Below, in pieces: positions 58,654 to 64,000 of a stretch of 64,000 bases of DNA (position 1 is its first letter; each line of letters begins with the position of its first letter). A program made the position numbers and the translations under genes. A model generated the notes under the pieces. That model was not told the origin of the DNA. It made no database searches and worked only from the letters and a program-made list of their open reading frames with translations. This DNA is from the human T2T-CHM13v2.0 reference genome, Homo sapiens, in the NCBI RefSeq assembly GCF_009914755.1, contig NC_060929.1; one strand, 5' to 3'.

Positions 58654-61600
58654 CTTGGAGAAACAGAGATATTTTGTTCCAAAGAAAGTAAACTTAATAT
58701 TTTTATTTTAAGTTTTAATTTAAAAAAAATTATTTTAAGTTTAAATTTTTATTTCAAGTTTAATATTTAGAGGCTTTAGAAAGGTAACTGAGAAACTGAG
58801 TGAAATCAGCTGCATTGGGAATATACTTTGAAATAGAGAGTAAATATCAATCCATGATTAATCAGTTCAATAGTTCTGTTTCATTATTTCCAAAAGACCA
58901 TAACTGCCAAGTACTTAAAATAGGATTTACAAATTTGTGATGTGAAATGGCGTCTGTAGATTAGAGGTTAATTGCGGCCCAGACCATTTAAAAACTGTTC
59001 TTGGCTTAAAATATCAGGGAATAGGAATAGGGGGTGACCAAATTCAGGAAAAATTATTTTTATATTTATTGGCAAAATTAGCACGTGTTGACTAGCATTT
59101 GTCTGAGTGGCTTATTCCTGATAAACAGCATCATGTGTTAAATTGAGTTTGGGTCCTCATGGATGACTGGGCTAAATTTTTTTTAAGCTTGAAAGCTTTC
59201 TAATTGTCTGTATAACCATATAGCATAATTGATGTTGTATATTAAAAATAACCAACTTGAACACATTGAGTGATTTTTTCCTCCTAGTAACATAAAGTCA
59301 TCTGAGTATTTATGGAAATAAATTTGAATAGCCATAGGTATAATAATTAAGAATATAGTATCTATGTTTTTCAGCACAAATGATTTAGTCATTTCATCAG
59401 TTCCAAGCAGTGCAATGTCTATTATAGTACTTGAAGTAATATAATTTTTATGACTTACATGCAAATGTTAAGTTTTGATTGCATCCTTTTCATATTATCA
59501 TCATGAAAAGTAAAATTCTACTAATTCGTAAACACCATCCTCTGTACGAAGCGTTTCCTAGCTAGAACTCATTTTTATTCTGAGCTACTTAAAGATCTAT
59601 TGTGGTACTACTCAAATGACACATTCTATATATTGCTTTATATCATGGCTATATACATAGTAATGTCCCATTGTTTGCTCTTTTCAGATGAAGTATACTT
59701 TTATCAAAACAATAATTTTTAGAATTATTAGAAATTTTAATTAGAATTAAAATAATAATTTTTCCATTATGAGAAAACATGTTTTAAATATCTTTGCATT
59801 CTTTATATATCCCAGTGCTCTGTCAATAGGACATGTTTGCTAAGAGTCTGTTGAATAGGCAAGTTAATGAATTTGTACCCCTTTATTAACAGACTTTATC
59901 CTAGAATAATAGAAGTATAATGCAGTTCTCTGAACCAGCTGATCTGAGAGGTTTCCTTCAGGATGCTGAACCAACCCATTTATTTAGACAGCTTACAATC
60001 TCAACATAAAATGAAACAAGCAGAAATAATAATTCTGTATATAGATGAGTATTAAATTTATTAAATAGGTCTTTAGTAATTTAACACTTAATGAATACTG
60101 GATAACAAGATTGTACCACCTCTTTACCTCTTTAGATTTTGCAGTTGCAAGATCTAATTGTACGAATAAGTCATGTTCTGTGTGCTGTGTTATCTTTATT
60201 CATATGCTATAAATCAAGAAAAACATTCAACTTTGTTATTCGTCAGACATAATATCCAAATGATATAACCGTAAAGCAATTTTAATAGCTTTTAATTTCA
60301 TTTTAGCAAAATTCTGGAGAGCATGTTGCTCCAGTATTAAATTTTTATTGCCATAACATCTTTAATTGTTCTTATTATTGGGAAATAATGGGATCACCCT
60401 GGAAGAGATCAGCAGAATTGTTCACTGTGCTTGTCATCCATGGGCTTCAGTTAACTGTAGGCTGCAGGACTGGATAGACAAAATTACACAAAGGTACAGT
60501 ACAAGGTCCACTGCCAGTACAAACTGTCCATTCAAAAAGTTTCTTGTATTTTAAAATACACTGTTATGCAGCCCATTGATCCATTGGTGGTTTATGGAGC
60601 ACTCAAAACAAGGAGGAATATGAGACTCATGAAAGTTAAGGAAGGCCATGAGCAAGAAAGATTAAAAAGGTAACCCAAAATGCAGACAGTACCAATATCA
60701 ACTAGACAGATGCCCAGTTTTCAAATTTGAAGGCAACTGAAAGGACGTTTGTTTAAAATGGTACCTTCTTGAAGTACACAGTGGTCCGATGTAAAACAAA
60801 ACAACAGTGCTAAATTTAAAAGACTTCATCTAATATATTCTATAAGTTATTTAATGGCTTACTTCTCAGCATATTTTATATAAAAACATAACAGAAATTT
60901 AAATTAATATACCCTTTTTGGCTAAGTGTTTGAAAGGCCAAACATTTTCTTCTTTCCAAAGATATAATCAGTTCTCATCATTTTTGAATCAAGACTGACC
61001 CAGCAAATTAAACGTTCAGACTCCCTCAGTTTGTATTATTCAGGATTTTGAATGAACTAATTAGCTTCTTATATCTAGACACAATTTATATTGTATCTCC
61101 GTGTTGTGACAAATGAGTCCTTTCAAAAAACAAATGATTAAATAAAAAAGTAATGAAACTGTCCTAAGTCGTAAGTTTTAAGACAAAAATAAAAGCAGAC
61201 TGCTATGTGGATAGCAATCAGCAAAAACGGAATCTATTTGGGAGGGCAGGTGTGGATGTAATTTTCCAGGAATATAAGTGTGGCTTAAAGTCTTGCCAAA
61301 ATCTTTTTTTAAAAGCCATTCCAAAATTATGTGTACCCTGTACATAAAGTGGCAGTACACAGAGAGCTAAAAGCAGGTATTTTCAGAATTCTGTTATCAT
61401 CAATGCATCACTATGTTAGATGAGGACCCACTAGAACTGACACTGTGAGGCATAGATTTTCTTTCCATGTCTACATAAATGGGACAGTCTTGGTTTTCAT
61501 CACCATCGTATTCAAGTAGACTTTAAATATGGAATTTTTGTGACCTTTCTGTATTCCAAACATAGCAAGCTTTATTAGAAGTCATGGCAGGATAGCAGGA

Positions 61601-62408
61601 GAATTTTAGAATGGTATGACTCATTCAGAAAGGTTTTTTTTTTGTTTTTTGGGTTTTTTTTCATTATGAAAAACAAAGCTGTAGTCTTTGTGTGGTTGCT
61701 TGCAGGCCTAGTTCTATAACTTTGATTTCCACTAAGCTCAACAACCCATGGAGGATTATCCCAGTGAATGGCATAGCAAATAACTCATGTCCTTACTCGG
61801 GACAGTTAGGTTTTTACTGTACCCATACTTGAGTTTGCGAAAAGGTTTAAAAATTTATGTTAGGATATTCAGCCTAGGAAGTTATACTATCAGTTGTTTG
61901 CAAATCCAATACTCCAGTGTGATAACTATTCAAAAGGGTAACTGTTTATTACTTCCATTCTATATAGACTCAATGATGTTATTTGCTAGAGATTATAGCA
62001 CAAATTAGTAGCAATAAAAGATGATTTCATCTTCATGATCAGCAGTTTTCAGTGTTCACTAACAACTTCACAAATGGTGTAAAGCTTAAAACTGTAGGGT
62101 CATCTATAAAAACCTATTAAAAGGAAACAGTTGGCAGCAGTTGATAATATGTTTCTTTGATTGTTTTCACATATGTAGTAATACTAATAGTAGTAGGAGT
62201 ACTAGTAGCAGCAGCAGTAGTAGGAACTCGAGGTAAAGGAGGAAGCGGAGTGTGACCGTTTAATAGGTACTGCAATAATGAACTAAGTACTTTACATGCA
62301 TTATTACATGTAATGCCCAGTAGATGTTTTATTGTTAGTACTAGGAGGAATTTCAAGATATTAAGAAACTTAAGTCTGAAAGCCCCCAGAATATATTGTT
62401 TAACTTAC

Positions 62409-62428
62409 TTGACATCGTTCTGAACGAA
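62409..62428 (-). other. Candidate 20-nt microexon
   Basis: Minus strand: ctgac (branch point) ttactcttctttcttctttctttcag|TTCGTTCAGAACGATGTCAA|gtaagt. Confidence 0.55.
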
Positions 62429-62567
62429 CTGAAAGAAAGAAGAAAGAAGAGTAAGTCAGATGGTGGCCACATATCTTCTTTTTATTCATAAAAGCGACAT
62501 AGAAGAAAATCATATTTCTGACAAGTGGGTTTCCCAATGATCTGCTAAATTAGACACATTGACTTAC

Positions 62568-63060
62568 CCTGGAGGAACAGAGTAGAGTGTATGTTCCTTA
62601 AGATTACTCCCTCCGAAGAGGAGGAAACCAGGCAGACGTGAGCTGTGTGTGCTGAGCTTCTCCTTCCACTCACCATTCAAGTTGGGGATCCATGCTCCTG
62701 AAGCAGAAAGAATGTGGGACTGTAATAGGCCGGCAGGGTAACACTAACGTGATGCGAGACTGGAGAAGAAAGGTCCTCCATATTCCACAGTCTCAGATTG
62801 TTGATTCTGTTGCTGTTGTTTACTTGCTTGTTTAATCCACCAGGCTTAACCGTTAAGCCCATGTTCAAGGTGTGGTGATAGTTTTCTTAAAATATGCGAC
62901 CAACAATCTATCAAATCAAAGACTCCTGTTCCCTTCCCAATAAAGTTATTCCCTAAATGTAAATCTAAAAGGCTTGGAGTATGTTCTTCAGAGCGCCTGT
63001 TAACAGTAGAGATTTTTCCCTCAGAGGGCAATAAGTTCATGTCTTTTCTCAGAAGATGCA
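62568..63060 (-). other. Candidate exon/promoter block of an unidentified transcript, with donors after 62674 and 62568
   Basis: Non-repetitive and relatively CpG-retaining; donors ATG|gtgagt and AGG|gtaagt; acceptors ttctttctgcttcag (before 62697) and gtgtgctgtag (before 63060). Confidence 0.35.
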
Positions 63061-64000
63061 CTACAGCACACAATACATTATAAGAAAAAAAAAAGCAAGC
63101 ATATTTCATTATATTATATTATCATGGTATTATATTTCTCCAGAGAGGCAAGGTTCATATTAGATTTTCCATTAGGCCTTGAATCTTAGTCTATTTCCAT
63201 CCATCATGCCAAATATTTCTGGAGCAATACTTTCTATGGACCAATCTGATAATGAAAGGAGAAAATGTATTTGAGGATACAGGAGAATCAGCTATGAAGT
63301 GGTTAAGGGCATGTTGTTGAAGGGATAAATGGATATAAAAAAATATGAAACAGGTTGTTGGTAGTAGCTGACCTTTAGTTACAGAAGAGTGAATGGAAGC
63401 ACTGCCCATATCAAATATAACATCAGTTCCAAACTTTAATAAATTGCCTTTAAAAGATAAGATTAGTTTTGTCATTAAAGTGTAAAAAGGTTTGAGTGCG
63501 ATCACACTTTAATCTGTTCCTTTATTTTGAAAAGTGGCAATTTGGTTCTTTTTCAAGACCACATTTTGTTTGTGTGGCTTTCCTTCAAGATCTAGCAAGT
63601 GACACATCATGCAATTCAAATTTAATTTAATCTTTGCTTGGCTTCTTTAATTAAAATAGAGAGAGGATGAGGTCTCTTACATTGTCTATAAATACATCTT
63701 TCATAAATAGAACATTTATAAAAGTGCTGAGTATGTTATGAGTGATGAAGTCTATTCAAAATTGAGATCAGAAGATGTTCATCCATTGACTCATATGAGG
63801 CAATAGCTTCCATGTCTATTAAATTTTAAAATAACAAACTGTTCTTATGAAACGATCTTATAGCAGATTTAATTTTTCCCAAAGATATATATAAAACATT
63901 ATTTTCTGAGTTTGGAGTATGGCTCTTCTTTGTAGGTAGGTAGAAAGATCAATTTATTAAAATAGTACTTACTGGTTTCTAACATGTACCTGGGACCTCA

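Noticed and set aside
62678-62693. ATGGATCCCCAACT similarity to the metallothionein start
   Set aside because: No downstream Cys-rich coding sequence; short chance match

Overview
Primate genomic DNA, most likely human or great ape (AluY, LTR12/ERV9 and L1PA elements are present). It is AT-rich and dominated by interspersed repeats: Alu, L1, L2, MIR, MaLR/ERV LTRs, and Tigger/MADE1/MER20 DNA transposons. I recognise no intact protein-coding gene; the long ORFs are L1 ORF2 or Tigger1 transposase remnants, or Alu/LTR read-throughs. Structure not explained by repeat annotation: (i) old locally templated rearrangements in the first 10 kb, namely a direct+inverted copy of Tigger1/LTR12 junctions at 3631-3960, an inverted copy at 3089-3219, and a ~590-bp template-switch inversion splitting an LTR12 at 8865-9463; (ii) a series of candidate very short minus-strand exons (24, 20, 22, 68, 48 nt) downstream of a palindromic MYB-like site near 62.85 kb, suggesting an unidentified spliced transcript; (iii) a twin-primed L1, tiny retro-insertions, palindromes and a CTCF-like site. 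Repeat subfamily names come from recalled consensus sequences and their boundaries are approximate. I found no convincing novel system; the findings are hypotheses.
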